This document shows, in pieces, positions 1 to 9,448 of a stretch of 64,000 nucleotides of DNA. Numbering within the stretch: the stretch's first letter is position 1; each line of letters opens with the position of its first letter. A program made the translations under genes and the position numbers. The notes beneath the pieces were generated by a model that ran no database searches, was not told the DNA's origin, and was given only the letters and a program-made list of their open reading frames with translations. Where the stretch lies: positions 12 to 64,011 of the forward strand of contig JBFXFM010000021.1 in NCBI GenBank assembly GCA_050179035.1, read 5' to 3'. This DNA comes from Draconibacterium sp. GTDB taxonomy: Bacteria; Bacteroidota; Bacteroidia; Bacteroidales; Prolixibacteraceae.

Positions 1-121
1 ATGCCACAGTTTGCGGGCCGTTCATGATTTCGCCGGTTTCGCGCAACATGTGATAACCGTTTAGCGCAAACCTTATTTCGGGTTCGTACATGATGCCTAC
101 TTTTATGGTTGGCTGATTCAT
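1..121 (-). CDS. 5' part of a SpoIID/LytB-domain protein (runs off the left edge of the window)
   Basis: Own translation from ATG at 121: MNQPTIKVGIMYEPEIRFALNGYHMLRETGEIMNGPQTVA. It resembles the N-terminus of Bacteroidota SpoIID/LytB proteins, which as I recall follow GT2-DUF4922. Only 40 aa are visible. Confidence 0.55.
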   Translation of the reverse strand, partial: MNQPTIKVGIMYEPEIRFALNGYHMLRETGEIMNGPQTVA

Positions 122-177
122 TCTTTATTTATTAATTATTATTTTCTATTTATTAATTAACCTCATTATCCTATGCA

Positions 178-313
178 GATTGCTTCAGTCGTTCCTCCTT
201 CGCAATGACGGATACTTTTTTAGGGAGGTGGTCAGGTTTTTTGCGGCTTTGCCGCAAAAAACCTGACCTATTGTCCAATACGATACCGTCATTGCGAGTG
301 CAGCGAAGCAATC
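178..313. repeat. REP-like nested inverted repeat
   Basis: Outer arms GATTGCTTC..TTCGCAATGACG (178-210) and CGTCATTGCGA..GAAGCAATC (287-313); inner hairpin GGTCAGGTTTTTTGCGGC-TTT-GCCGCAAAAAACCTGACC (230-268). Confidence 0.8.
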
Positions 314-345
314 CGTTTGCAAATGTGCATTCCCTTTGTTTCTTG

Positions 346-1347
346 CTAAACAACATTTATTCGTAACCTGTTTTTTATCTCTTTTTTTAATTCTCTGAAC
401 ATTGCATCATCAACTGAAACCTGTTCAAAAATATTGGCGATGTCGGCGGCAGTTATTTTGTCGAAATCCTCTTTCCGGGGCGTGATGAAAACGCCGCCAA
501 AATCGACGGATGCCGGGCTGAGCAGAATCTGTTTTTCACCTTCAGCAAAAAATTGCGACGGACGGTGCAATTTCCTTGGAAATAAATGAACCGTCCATTT
601 TGCATCCGAAAAATAACAGAGCACATTCAGCATCGGTTCCTTTTTTTCGGGTTGAAATTCATGAAACTTTGCCGTAAAAAACGAAATCGCCTGAACAGCT
701 TCTTCAAAACCGGTGGCTTCGATGGAAATCATGCGGCGCAGGTAGTTTTCAAAAGCCCAGATTTTTGTTAACCCGGTTTCGGAAAGCAGGTTGTTTTTAT
801 CGGTTTTTAATATTTCAAATTCGGCCTCAACGGGCATAAAACCATTTTCGCCGGCCTGAAAATGAAGGTGGTCGGGAGCCGAAGCGCCACACTCGGGACC
901 GTTATAAAACACGGTGGAACCTTCCATTTTTTGAGCGATTTGCAACATTTCGGCAATGTTTTCAAAAAACAACTGGTCGGTGTGCGCAAGCGATGAAATC
1001 GTAAAATGCCGGTGAAAAATGGGGAAAGGATTCACCAGAATCTGAAACCTGTCGCCACAGCCGATGGCTTTTTGCTCAGCCGGACGGTTTTCGTCGCACA
1101 AAAAACATTTGCGGGCGGCAATCGATGCTGTATCGACTTTCGCAGCCGACGACCGGATTCGCTCGGGATTGAACTGCACTTTTACCACAAATCCTCCGAA
1201 ATCAAACTGCTTCTCCTCCACGCTGGCAAGTCCAGCGTAATTGGCTGCAGCCAGCGGCCAGTCTTGCTTTTGCTCTTCGGCAAATTGGGTCAAAACCTGT
1301 TCTGCATTTTGCCCGGTTTCGGAAATTATATCTTGCAGGTCGTTCAT
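346..1347 (-). CDS. DUF4922 family protein (HIT/GalT-like nucleotidyltransferase/phosphorylase fold)
   Basis: 333 aa; VKVQFNPERIRSS, CFLC, LVNPFPIF, HFTI, FYNGPECGASAPDHLHFQ (HxHxQ motif). Confidence 0.85.
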   Translation of the reverse strand: MNDLQDIISETGQNAEQVLTQFAEEQKQDWPLAAANYAGLASVEEKQFDFGGFVVKVQFNPERIRSSAAKVDTASIAARKCFLCDENRPAEQKAIGCGDRFQILVNPFPIFHRHFTISSLAHTDQLFFENIAEMLQIAQKMEGSTVFYNGPECGASAPDHLHFQAGENGFMPVEAEFEILKTDKNNLLSETGLTKIWAFENYLRRMISIEATGFEEAVQAISFFTAKFHEFQPEKKEPMLNVLCYFSDAKWTVHLFPRKLHRPSQFFAEGEKQILLSPASVDFGGVFITPRKEDFDKITAADIANIFEQVSVDDAMFRELKKEIKNRLRINVV

Positions 1348-1362
1348 AATTCAGTTCTCTTT

Positions 1363-1425
1363 CTCGCAGAGACGCGGAGACGCTTTTTTAAGAAATTCTT
1401 TAAAGATTCTTTGCGTCTTTGCGAG
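1363..1425. repeat. Intergenic imperfect inverted repeat (REP-like)
   Basis: CTCGCAGAGACGCGGAG ... CTTTGCGTCTTTGCGAG with an AT-rich inner palindrome, between GT2 and DUF4922. Confidence 0.65.
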
Positions 1426-1437
1426 CATATAATTCTT

Positions 1438-2904
1438 TCAATTCTTCTTCAAATTCATGTTTTTGCGGGCGAGCAGTTCGATGGTGCGGATGCGGTCTTT
1501 GTAAAGGTTGTGGCCGTTCATCACTTCGGTGCTCAACGCGGCGTCGGAGTTGTCGTCCCAACGGCGGCACAGGTAAATCGGGTTGTAAATTCGGCCAATC
1601 TGGTACCGGCGCGAAATGGCCAGCCCGAGCGCGTAATCCTCGCCGTAATTCACATTCGGCACCGGAATCTTGCGCAAAACCGGCGTGTAAAACGCCCGCG
1701 GAGCGCCCAGTCCGTTGATGCGCAACGCGTTGTTGCGACCGTTGTCGGGGGTCCACTCCTTGTGGTCGATAATGCCGGGCGGAATTTCTTCGAGCGCAAA
1801 GTTCACCATCTGGTAAGTGCCCACCACCATGGCGCAGTTTTGCGCATAAAACGCATCAACCACCTGTTGTACCGTGGTTTCATCGAAATAAATATCGTCG
1901 CTGTCGAGCTGAATCGCAAACTTTCCACAAGCGGCATTCATTGCTGCTTCGTTCCAGCAGCCACCAATTCCCAAATCTTTCCGTTCGGGAATTACATGAA
2001 TGAGTCGCTTGTCAGCCTGTGCATATTTTGCAATGATTTCGGTGGTGCCGTCAGTGGAGTAATTGTCAACAATAATCAGGTTAAAACTGAATGTTGTTTT
2101 TTGTGAAAGCACCGATTTGATGGCATCTTCGATGGTGCGCACCCTGTTTTTGACGGGTATGATAACCGATGCTTCGGTGGCAAATTCCTGCTCATCAAAC
2201 TTCACCGGGGTGAAAACAGGTTCAAGAAAAGCGCCTGCCTTTTTCAAGTGACGGGTGCACGCAATTTCCATTTCAATTTGAACGGCGCGGTTTTTCGGGT
2301 CAACATAGTCGAAGATTTTTTCGCCCGATTTGCGCAAATCCGACTCCTGTTCGGTGTACAAAAATTCGGGGATGCGAAGTACTCCTCCCAACAGCGAAAC
2401 ACCCAGCCGCAACGCGTACAACCCGGCAAATTTGTATGATCCGTCGATTCCGGCAGCGGCTTTTTTCAGCATTCCGGTGTTGTAAAACAGCACCGAACCA
2501 AAATTAAAATCGTCGCGCAAACTGCCTTCCTGGTAATCGATGACAGGCATGTTTTCAACCTTACCGTTTTTTACCGCGAGGTAGTTGGAATAGACCAACC
2601 CGCTTTGCGTATCGCTGGCAACCTGAAAAAATCTTTCCATGGCCAATTGTCCCATTTTCAGGGCGCTGGTGCGGTTGTAAATCATTGTGTATTCCGTTCC
2701 CGAAAGTTCAGCCATTTTCAGTACTGCTTTTCCTGAGCTGATTGATTCGGCTTCGAGCTGGTCAACGCCATCAATTTCAGCCAACTCACCGGGTTTGCAA
2801 ACCACAATAATTTTTGCAACCAGTTGCGATTTCTGCAGTCCGGCAACGGTTTGGAGCGTTTCTTCGGGTATTCCGAGTGGAAGAAAACAGGTTATGTTTT
2901 TCAT
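1438..2904 (-). CDS. Glycosyltransferase family 2 (degenerate N-terminal GT-A-like domain + intact C-terminal GT-A domain)
   Basis: 488 aa; SVIIPVKNR..IEDAIKSVL..Q, LIIVDNYSTDGT, IQLDSDD, GEDY motifs. Confidence 0.9.
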   Translation of the reverse strand: MKNITCFLPLGIPEETLQTVAGLQKSQLVAKIIVVCKPGELAEIDGVDQLEAESISSGKAVLKMAELSGTEYTMIYNRTSALKMGQLAMERFFQVASDTQSGLVYSNYLAVKNGKVENMPVIDYQEGSLRDDFNFGSVLFYNTGMLKKAAAGIDGSYKFAGLYALRLGVSLLGGVLRIPEFLYTEQESDLRKSGEKIFDYVDPKNRAVQIEMEIACTRHLKKAGAFLEPVFTPVKFDEQEFATEASVIIPVKNRVRTIEDAIKSVLSQKTTFSFNLIIVDNYSTDGTTEIIAKYAQADKRLIHVIPERKDLGIGGCWNEAAMNAACGKFAIQLDSDDIYFDETTVQQVVDAFYAQNCAMVVGTYQMVNFALEEIPPGIIDHKEWTPDNGRNNALRINGLGAPRAFYTPVLRKIPVPNVNYGEDYALGLAISRRYQIGRIYNPIYLCRRWDDNSDAALSTEVMNGHNLYKDRIRTIELLARKNMNLKKN

Positions 2905-2982
2905 ATATTTCTTGATTTCAATTTTTACAATTCATTTTTTGCGCCTTTCCCAAAATATTTTTCAGTCAAAATCCTTATTAAA

Positions 2983-3035
2983 GGCTAAAGCCGCGTTGTG
3001 TTTTGCTTTTTGCCCCAGGCTTAAGCCTGGGGTTA
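2983..3035. repeat. REP-like palindromes
   Basis: GGCTAAAGCC followed by the perfect palindrome CCCCAGGCTTAAGCCTGGGG. Confidence 0.7.
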
Positions 3036-3119
3036 AATAATTTGATTAACATGGCTTTAGCGTTTAATCTTTATGTTTTTTATTCTTTTCAATTTAAACT
3101 CAAAGCAAAAATTCGAATG

Positions 3120-6100
3120 TCATTTTATCCCAAAATACTTCAAAATCTGCCCCATCAATTCGTTCCGTTCGGTATCGGTTGTAATGGTTTCGAACGGGAA
3201 ACCAAAAACCATGGTTTTGGTTTTTCCATTGTTAGCCACTACAGCGCTTTTCTGATCGCCCTGATAGCGGAATAAAACGCTGGCTTCGTTGCCAACCGGC
3301 TCAATCGCATCAGGCGATTCGACCTTGTAAATGGCAGGATTATAATTCTGTACAAAATGGAAACCCGAAGGAAAATCAGTTTTCATGCTGTTGACAGGGA
3401 AAATTTTGCCCGACTTGCTGGCGTGGTTTGTCATGTGCCGGTAGTGCAGCACCGAAGCGGCAAATTTTGTAGCCAGCGTGTCACCACATAATTCGAGGTC
3501 GGTACCAACGTATGCACCCGAAACAAGGATTTTTGCATTTTCAGCCGAAGCATATTTTTCGATTGCGTTGCGCATCGCGGGTGTAAACAGCGTAAATGCC
3601 GGGGTGTTGGTTCCATACAACCGCCGCGTGGTTTTCTCTTCACCAAAAATAATGTCAAGCATCGCAAAACTGTTTTTATCCCAGTTGCCGGTTTCAAAAG
3701 CTTCGTCGCTCATCGAAATAAAACTGCCTCCATTGCTGACGATTGCAGCGCCGTGTACCAGTGGATAATCGAATGAATTGCCTGGTTTTACCAAAGCTTC
3801 CTGGTCGGCATGTGACGAGCCAAATCCCGAAGCATCATCGTCCTTCCACGGCGATTTTCTATCGGAATCGTACTGTTCGCCAATAAAGGCGATGTCATTT
3901 ATATAGGCTACACCTTCGTCTTCGGCATTATTAAAACCGGCCTCCTTTCCGTTATCAAACACCGCAGGTGCACAAATACGGTCGAAGGCATTGACTACCA
4001 AAACAGGTTTTTGGGTGCCATTAAAACTACAGGCCAGGATTTCGGAAGGGAAGCTTTCGCCACCGCTGTTTACTGCGGCAACTTTAAAACTGTAAATCAC
4101 TCCAGGTTTGATTTCGTTGAAAACAAAAGTGGTGTCAGTAACATCGGTTCCATTATCAAATCCATTGTTTCCGAGGCGTTTATAAATCCGGTACGAAGTT
4201 GGCACAGCCATGGGCTCCAGCGGGTCGGCCACCGGTTTCCAGCTCAGCCTGATTCTGTTATTTTCAGGTTGAATGGAAAAATGCGACACCGGCAGCGGCT
4301 GCACAGTGTAAGTTGTTCCGTTTTGTGCAGATAAAAACCTGAGTATGCCTTTGTAAAACGAGCGGCTGACATCGAATTTGAACCGCGGGTCAGTGGCCAG
4401 CGCCATGTCGGCAAAATTCTGGTGCGACAAAAACTCGGAGAGCATCGTGGGCACTTTTGGTTTCACGGCTTCGGAGTACTGTTTGTTCCACATGCCGCGG
4501 CGGGTCCATTCGGGCTCGTACAAGCGGCGCAAATCGTCGGTTACCTGAGTTTGGATGATGTCACACAAATCGCGGCTGGACCATTTCGACAGCCCGTTTG
4601 GAAAGGTGTCGGCACCAACTGTTGTATTATAAATGCCCAAAGTGCCTATAATAGCGCTGTCGGGAGTAATGCCTGCATCGGTATGAAAAGCCAGCGCCAG
4701 TTCCACCGGAATATTCAATCCGGGCGCGGGGTTGCCGGTTTTGGTACTGATTCCCATCAGGTAATTCACCCATTCGCCGCGACTCATGTAATCGTCTTTG
4801 TAATCTTCTTTTCCGCTTTCGCGCGCAGCATACAAAGCGGCGTTGGTGCCTCTGTGTGAGTAATCTTCCTTCTGCCGGTTGATGCTATACACTGTCGAGT
4901 CGGGCATTCCCGCATATTGCAGGTAGTAGCGCGCGGCTTCCTGGTAACGTGGCCGGCGGCTTGCAAACGGCAACCACAACGACGAATCGGTTTCAAAACC
5001 TTTTTCGTCACGGATTTTGCGCAGCATCTCAAGCTGCTCGGTTTTACCACGCACAATGTTGCTGGTTCCTCCGCCAAATTTTACCGCATCTGCCGAAACA
5101 AATCCGCCGGGTTCACCGGACTTGTTGCTGAGTTCAACGCTGCCGGTTTCGGGATTTTTGCCTTTTTCAAACTGAAAAGTACCGAGATAAATCCATGTTC
5201 CACCGCCCATTTGCTGGTTGATGCTGAATTCGGTTTTACCCCCGGCGTGGTGCACAGTGTATCGGGCACCGGTAATATTTGCTGCATCAGGACCGTACGA
5301 AACCGAAACTGAATAGCTGCCACTTTCGGGGAAGTCGGGCAGGTATTGTACAGATGCAGAACCTTTGGTATCTGTTTTTAACTTTCGGGTTTCGCCCATT
5401 TCAAATGGGTTTTCGCCATCGAAATAAAAGGGAACTTTCAGTCCGAAACCCTTGCGGTTATCGGGTTGCCAATTGCCGGATTCTATGTATTCCGCATTTT
5501 TAGAAGAGCCATCGGCATCGACAATAATTTCATTCTGCTGCGTATCGCGTTCTCGCGGAATGAGCACATTAGCGCCGGCATTTTCAAGCATTACCGCGAT
5601 GTACGGAACAACAAAACTCATGGTCCAGATATCTTCAACTGTCTGGAAAACACGGGCGCGCTGCCACTCCCACCGGTCAAGTGTATTTTCGTAATACCAG
5701 CCGTGGCTGTGCCATAGCGCAATGTGGCGACCGTTTAATCCTTCTGTAAATTTTGTATTTTTTGAGATATTCTCAACCAAAACAGGGCCGGAAGTTTTTT
5801 GAACTGACAAGCGTGCAGCATCTTTCGGATTTTCGGTGCGGTAATAATTGGGTATCAAATCGCTGATTTCCTTCCCCATCGTTTCGATGCTGAAACTGTA
5901 TTTTCTGAATTTTCTGCCCGATACATCTTTTAACAATGAATAGTAATCTTTTGTGTTCTCTTCGCGAAAAGGGTTATCAGAAAATCCGTCAGCCATTTTC
6001 AGCACAAACGTTTTTTGATTGTTGTCGATTATAACAGTATCAAATTTTGTTGAAAATGGAGTGCTTTTTTTAGCTTCCTGTGAAAACTTTCCGGCCGCCA

Positions 6101-6236
6101 CTTCTGCTTTTTTCAACAGTTTTTTGGGCTGTCCATTCACCGGATGTATTTGTATCCCGACAAACAGTAAAGCAGCAAGGCAAGTAAACACCAGGCGGCC
6201 AAACCCATTCCAATATATTGATTCCGAATGATTCAT
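3120..6236 (-). CDS. Large exported Amidase_3-like (N-acetylmuramoyl-L-alanine amidase fold) protein with an inserted golvesin/CBM-like domain and FN3 (family commonly labelled 'xanthan lyase')
   Basis: 1038 aa with an N-terminal signal-like segment; IALWHSHG..TVEDI..MLENAGANVLIPRERD, LAFHTDAG, PTMLSEFLSHQN; beta-sandwich insert ending in ADAVKF; FN3 (LSWKPV..YRIY..YSFKVAAVNSGGES). Confidence 0.75.
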   Translation of the reverse strand: MNHSESIYWNGFGRLVFTCLAALLFVGIQIHPVNGQPKKLLKKAEVAAGKFSQEAKKSTPFSTKFDTVIIDNNQKTFVLKMADGFSDNPFREENTKDYYSLLKDVSGRKFRKYSFSIETMGKEISDLIPNYYRTENPKDAARLSVQKTSGPVLVENISKNTKFTEGLNGRHIALWHSHGWYYENTLDRWEWQRARVFQTVEDIWTMSFVVPYIAVMLENAGANVLIPRERDTQQNEIIVDADGSSKNAEYIESGNWQPDNRKGFGLKVPFYFDGENPFEMGETRKLKTDTKGSASVQYLPDFPESGSYSVSVSYGPDAANITGARYTVHHAGGKTEFSINQQMGGGTWIYLGTFQFEKGKNPETGSVELSNKSGEPGGFVSADAVKFGGGTSNIVRGKTEQLEMLRKIRDEKGFETDSSLWLPFASRRPRYQEAARYYLQYAGMPDSTVYSINRQKEDYSHRGTNAALYAARESGKEDYKDDYMSRGEWVNYLMGISTKTGNPAPGLNIPVELALAFHTDAGITPDSAIIGTLGIYNTTVGADTFPNGLSKWSSRDLCDIIQTQVTDDLRRLYEPEWTRRGMWNKQYSEAVKPKVPTMLSEFLSHQNFADMALATDPRFKFDVSRSFYKGILRFLSAQNGTTYTVQPLPVSHFSIQPENNRIRLSWKPVADPLEPMAVPTSYRIYKRLGNNGFDNGTDVTDTTFVFNEIKPGVIYSFKVAAVNSGGESFPSEILACSFNGTQKPVLVVNAFDRICAPAVFDNGKEAGFNNAEDEGVAYINDIAFIGEQYDSDRKSPWKDDDASGFGSSHADQEALVKPGNSFDYPLVHGAAIVSNGGSFISMSDEAFETGNWDKNSFAMLDIIFGEEKTTRRLYGTNTPAFTLFTPAMRNAIEKYASAENAKILVSGAYVGTDLELCGDTLATKFAASVLHYRHMTNHASKSGKIFPVNSMKTDFPSGFHFVQNYNPAIYKVESPDAIEPVGNEASVLFRYQGDQKSAVVANNGKTKTMVFGFPFETITTDTERNELMGQILKYFGIK

Positions 6237-6252
6237 TATAAAGTTTCAGTAG

Positions 6253-7362
6253 TTACACTTTGATAAATATTTTGCGGCGGTACAAAACATAGCCAATTGC
6301 CCAGAAAACCAGCACGTGGCTGATGGCATACAACAGCGAGCCATTCAGGTCTCCCGCAAACGGTACGAAAATGTGATTGTACAACCACGACGAACCGCTT
6401 ACCACATTACCATCGGTACCCGTAATTTTGATTAGCCTACCTAAAATTTTTGCCCACAAACCCGAAAGCGCAAAAATGAAAAGCGGATTTACGCCAAAAA
6501 CCACAAAAAACGAAGTCCAGCGCGAGAATCCTTTTATATCGATTACCCAGACCAAAGCGCCAAGTAACATGGCCGCCCAGCCTGCTGTGTACAAAACATA
6601 CGAGCTTGTCCAAAGTGGTTTGTTGAGTGGAAAAACAAGTCCCCACAACGCACCGGCTGCAACACCTGCCACACCAGCCAGCAACAATTTATTGGGTACA
6701 TATTTCCGTTCGCTGGTTTGAATGAGGGTACCAGCCAGATACCCAATAATTACTGTTACCACCGCCGGAATTGTACTGAATAAACCTTCGGGGTCGAACG
6801 GTATTCCAAAACCTTTGTAAAGATGATTTTCGCCTAAAACAGCCCGGTCGAAAGCCAGTGTTGCATTTTGTTCGAGCGAGTATGGGTCGGAACCGCCAAA
6901 ATACCAGAGCAAGCCCCAGTACATCAGCAAAATGGCGCCACCCAGGTACGGCAAATATTTGCGATTTACCGCAAGCACCAGCACCGCGGCCAAGCCGTAG
7001 GCAATGGCAATTCGCTGCAAAACGCCCAAAATCCGGAGTTTTGAATAATCGGTGGCCCATTGTGGAAATGAGTTCAAAAACAGGCCAATGGCAAAAATCA
7101 GCAATGTGCGTTTGCCAATCTTTAAAAGTGACTCCTTATTTAATGTATTGCCGTATTTCGAAAACGAAAAAAACATGGAAACGCCCACCACAAATAAAAA
7201 GAAAGGAAAAACAAGGTCGGTGGGTGTGCAACCGTGCCATTTTGCATGAAGCAGTGGTGCATACACATGCGACCAGCTTCCGGGTGTATTCACCAGAATC
7301 ATCATGGCAACAGTAATTCCCCTTAAAACATCGAGGGCAAGGTAGCGTTCAGTTTTTGGCAT
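6253..7362 (-). CDS. NagX/DUF5009 (HGSNAT-like) membrane protein
   Basis: 369 aa; RYLALDVLRGITVAMMILVN, HAKWHGCTPTDLVFPFFLF, GVLQRIA, FDPEGL, NKPLWTSSYVL; multi-TM. Confidence 0.85.
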   Translation of the reverse strand: MPKTERYLALDVLRGITVAMMILVNTPGSWSHVYAPLLHAKWHGCTPTDLVFPFFLFVVGVSMFFSFSKYGNTLNKESLLKIGKRTLLIFAIGLFLNSFPQWATDYSKLRILGVLQRIAIAYGLAAVLVLAVNRKYLPYLGGAILLMYWGLLWYFGGSDPYSLEQNATLAFDRAVLGENHLYKGFGIPFDPEGLFSTIPAVVTVIIGYLAGTLIQTSERKYVPNKLLLAGVAGVAAGALWGLVFPLNKPLWTSSYVLYTAGWAAMLLGALVWVIDIKGFSRWTSFFVVFGVNPLFIFALSGLWAKILGRLIKITGTDGNVVSGSSWLYNHIFVPFAGDLNGSLLYAISHVLVFWAIGYVLYRRKIFIKV

Positions 7363-7379
7363 AGTTTAAAAATGTAAGA

Positions 7380-7401
7380 TGTATGACAGATTGCAAATAT
7401 A
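7380..7401 (-). promoter_or_regulatory. Promoter -7 element with a downstream GntR/FadR-type operator for the nagX-amidase operon
   Basis: Perfect TATATTTG on the minus strand (7394-7401); pseudo-palindrome TGTATGACA at 7380-7388. Confidence 0.5.
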
Positions 7402-7646
7402 TCAAAATATACACACGGCAAACAGGAATTGACTTAAAACACCATTTTTTTTCATGCTGAAATATTTCCTGCTTTTACTTGTTTATTCTCTTGAAAAGCT
7501 TCTCATAGAATTATATTTCAGCTATTTAATTATTGCTTAGATTGATTTATTAAAGAACAGGAATCAAATAAATACAAGATAAATCTATAATAAAGCAAAA
7601 AAGGCAGCAGCTGTTTTGCTTTCATAAATCAACCTTAAAAAAAATT

Positions 7647-7656
7647 TGGTAATACA
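7647..7656. promoter_or_regulatory. Candidate GntR/FadR operator upstream of murK-murQ
   Basis: TGGTAATACA, matching the TGTAnnACA sites at 7380 and 10267. Confidence 0.4.
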
Positions 7657-7759
7657 TGTTACATATTGTTTTGTGTTTAATCAATATTTCTATATTTACA
7701 CCTTGAATTGCTCGTTTAAACAATTCGCTATTTAACGTGATAAAAATGACAAATCGCTC

Positions 7760-8608
7760 ATGATACTGATAGCCGACAGCGGATCGACAAAAACAGCCTG
7801 GCGACTGGTTAACCAAAATGGTACGCAGGCCGAAATCACCACACAAGGTATGAACCCGTTTTTCAGAACCACCGATGATATTGCTCATGAAATCGGGGAA
7901 AAACTTTTACCGGTTACGGGAGCAGATATTTCAGAAATCTGGTTTTATGGTGCAGGGGTTGTGAGTGGGGAAAAAGGAGAAATTGTTAAACAGGCACTGC
8001 ATCGGTTTTATCCTGATGCCAGGATTGAAACTCAAAGCGATTTGGTGGGAGCTTGCCATGCGTTGCTGGGAAATCAGGCAGGCATTGCCTGTATTTTGGG
8101 TACAGGTTCGAATGCCTGTTATTATGATGGCAGTACTATTGCAGGGCATGTGTCTCCGCTGGGTTTTATTTTGGGCGACGAGGGCAGCGGTGCTGTGATG
8201 GGAAAACATCTGCTTGGCGATTATTTTAAGGAGGTTATGCCCACTGAATTACGGACTTCCTTTCAGCAAAAGTTTAACCTCACGCGCGAAGAAGCGCTGA
8301 ACCGTGTTTATCGAGAAGTACGGCCCAACCAGTTTCTGGCAGCTTTTATCCCTTTTTTGTCAGAAAATATAGCGCATCCTTATTGCCAGCTTTTTGTTGA
8401 AACCAATTTCAAAGCGTTTATCGAACGAAATGTGCTGAAGCTCCCTTCGAATCAGGGAAAGACGATTGGTTTTGCCGGTTCGGTAGCCTGGCATTTCAGC
8501 CCGGTTCTGAAAAAAGTGCTGGCACAATACCATTTTTTAAAACCTGTTATCCTCAAAGACCCGATTGACGGACTTGTTCAATACCATATACAACACATAA
8601 AAAATTAA
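7760..8608 (+). CDS. BadF/BadG/BcrA/BcrD-family sugar kinase (MurNAc/GlcNAc kinase, MurK-like)
   Basis: 282 aa; ILIADSGSTKT, FYGAG, ILGTGSN, GFILGDEGSG; directly upstream of murQ. Confidence 0.85.
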   Translation: MILIADSGSTKTAWRLVNQNGTQAEITTQGMNPFFRTTDDIAHEIGEKLLPVTGADISEIWFYGAGVVSGEKGEIVKQALHRFYPDARIETQSDLVGACHALLGNQAGIACILGTGSNACYYDGSTIAGHVSPLGFILGDEGSGAVMGKHLLGDYFKEVMPTELRTSFQQKFNLTREEALNRVYREVRPNQFLAAFIPFLSENIAHPYCQLFVETNFKAFIERNVLKLPSNQGKTIGFAGSVAWHFSPVLKKVLAQYHFLKPVILKDPIDGLVQYHIQHIKN

Positions 8609-8620
8609 ATCAAACCTGCC

Positions 8621-9442
8621 ATGAACCAGGAAAGTATTACCGAAAAAGATTCACTACACAACGATTTGGAAAAGATGTCGGTAAAAGACCTTTTACTAAA
8701 CATTCACGAAGAAGACAAGAAAGTTTTGCCAGCGGTAAATGCGACAATTCCGAAAATAGAAATGCTGGTGGAACAAATTCTGCAACGAATGAAAAAGGGA
8801 GGTCGTTTGTTTTATTTAGGCGCTGGTACCAGCGGCCGGCTGGGTATTCTGGATGCTTCAGAGATTCCGCCAACTTATGGTGTTGGTTACGACCTTGTAA
8901 TCGGACTGATTGCCGGTGGCGACCGCGCCATCCGCAAAGCTGTTGAGGCTGCCGAAGACAACGAAGAAATGGGCTGGAATGAACTTCAAAAATTTAATAT
9001 CAACACGTTGGATACAGTGGTTGGCATTGCTGCTTCGGGCCGTACACCGTATGTTGTTGGTGCGCTGCGCAAAGCCCGCGAAAACGGAATTCTTACCGGA
9101 TGTATTGTGAATAATCCGAACAGTGTGCTTGCCCAAAATGCTGACGTAGCTATTGAAGCTGTTGTGGGGCCTGAGTTTGTTACTGGTAGCACCCGCATGA
9201 AATCGGGTACATCACAAAAACTTATCCTGAACATGATTACCACTTCGCTGATGATAAAACTGGGCAGGGTGAAAGGCAACAAAATGGTAAATATGCAACT
9301 TACCAATCAGAAACTTGTACACCGGGGCACACGCATGATAATGGCCGAACTTGGGTACAACGAGCAAACTGCCAAACGTTTACTGCTTCTGCACGGGTCG
9401 GTGAATGCAGTGTTGGAAAAGGCCAATAATCAGGAATTATAA
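8621..9442 (+). CDS. murQ: N-acetylmuramic acid 6-phosphate etherase
   Basis: 273 aa; GAGTSGRLGILDASE, GIAASGRTPYV, VGPEFVTGSTRMKSGTSQKLILNM. Confidence 0.95.
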   Translation: MNQESITEKDSLHNDLEKMSVKDLLLNIHEEDKKVLPAVNATIPKIEMLVEQILQRMKKGGRLFYLGAGTSGRLGILDASEIPPTYGVGYDLVIGLIAGGDRAIRKAVEAAEDNEEMGWNELQKFNINTLDTVVGIAASGRTPYVVGALRKARENGILTGCIVNNPNSVLAQNADVAIEAVVGPEFVTGSTRMKSGTSQKLILNMITTSLMIKLGRVKGNKMVNMQLTNQKLVHRGTRMIMAELGYNEQTAKRLLLLHGSVNAVLEKANNQEL

Positions 9443-9448
9443 CCGGGA

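Noticed and set aside
1006-2106. 366-aa plus-strand ORF
   Set aside because: Antisense shadow of GT2/DUF4922; no recognisable motifs or signal; the minus-strand genes are well supported.
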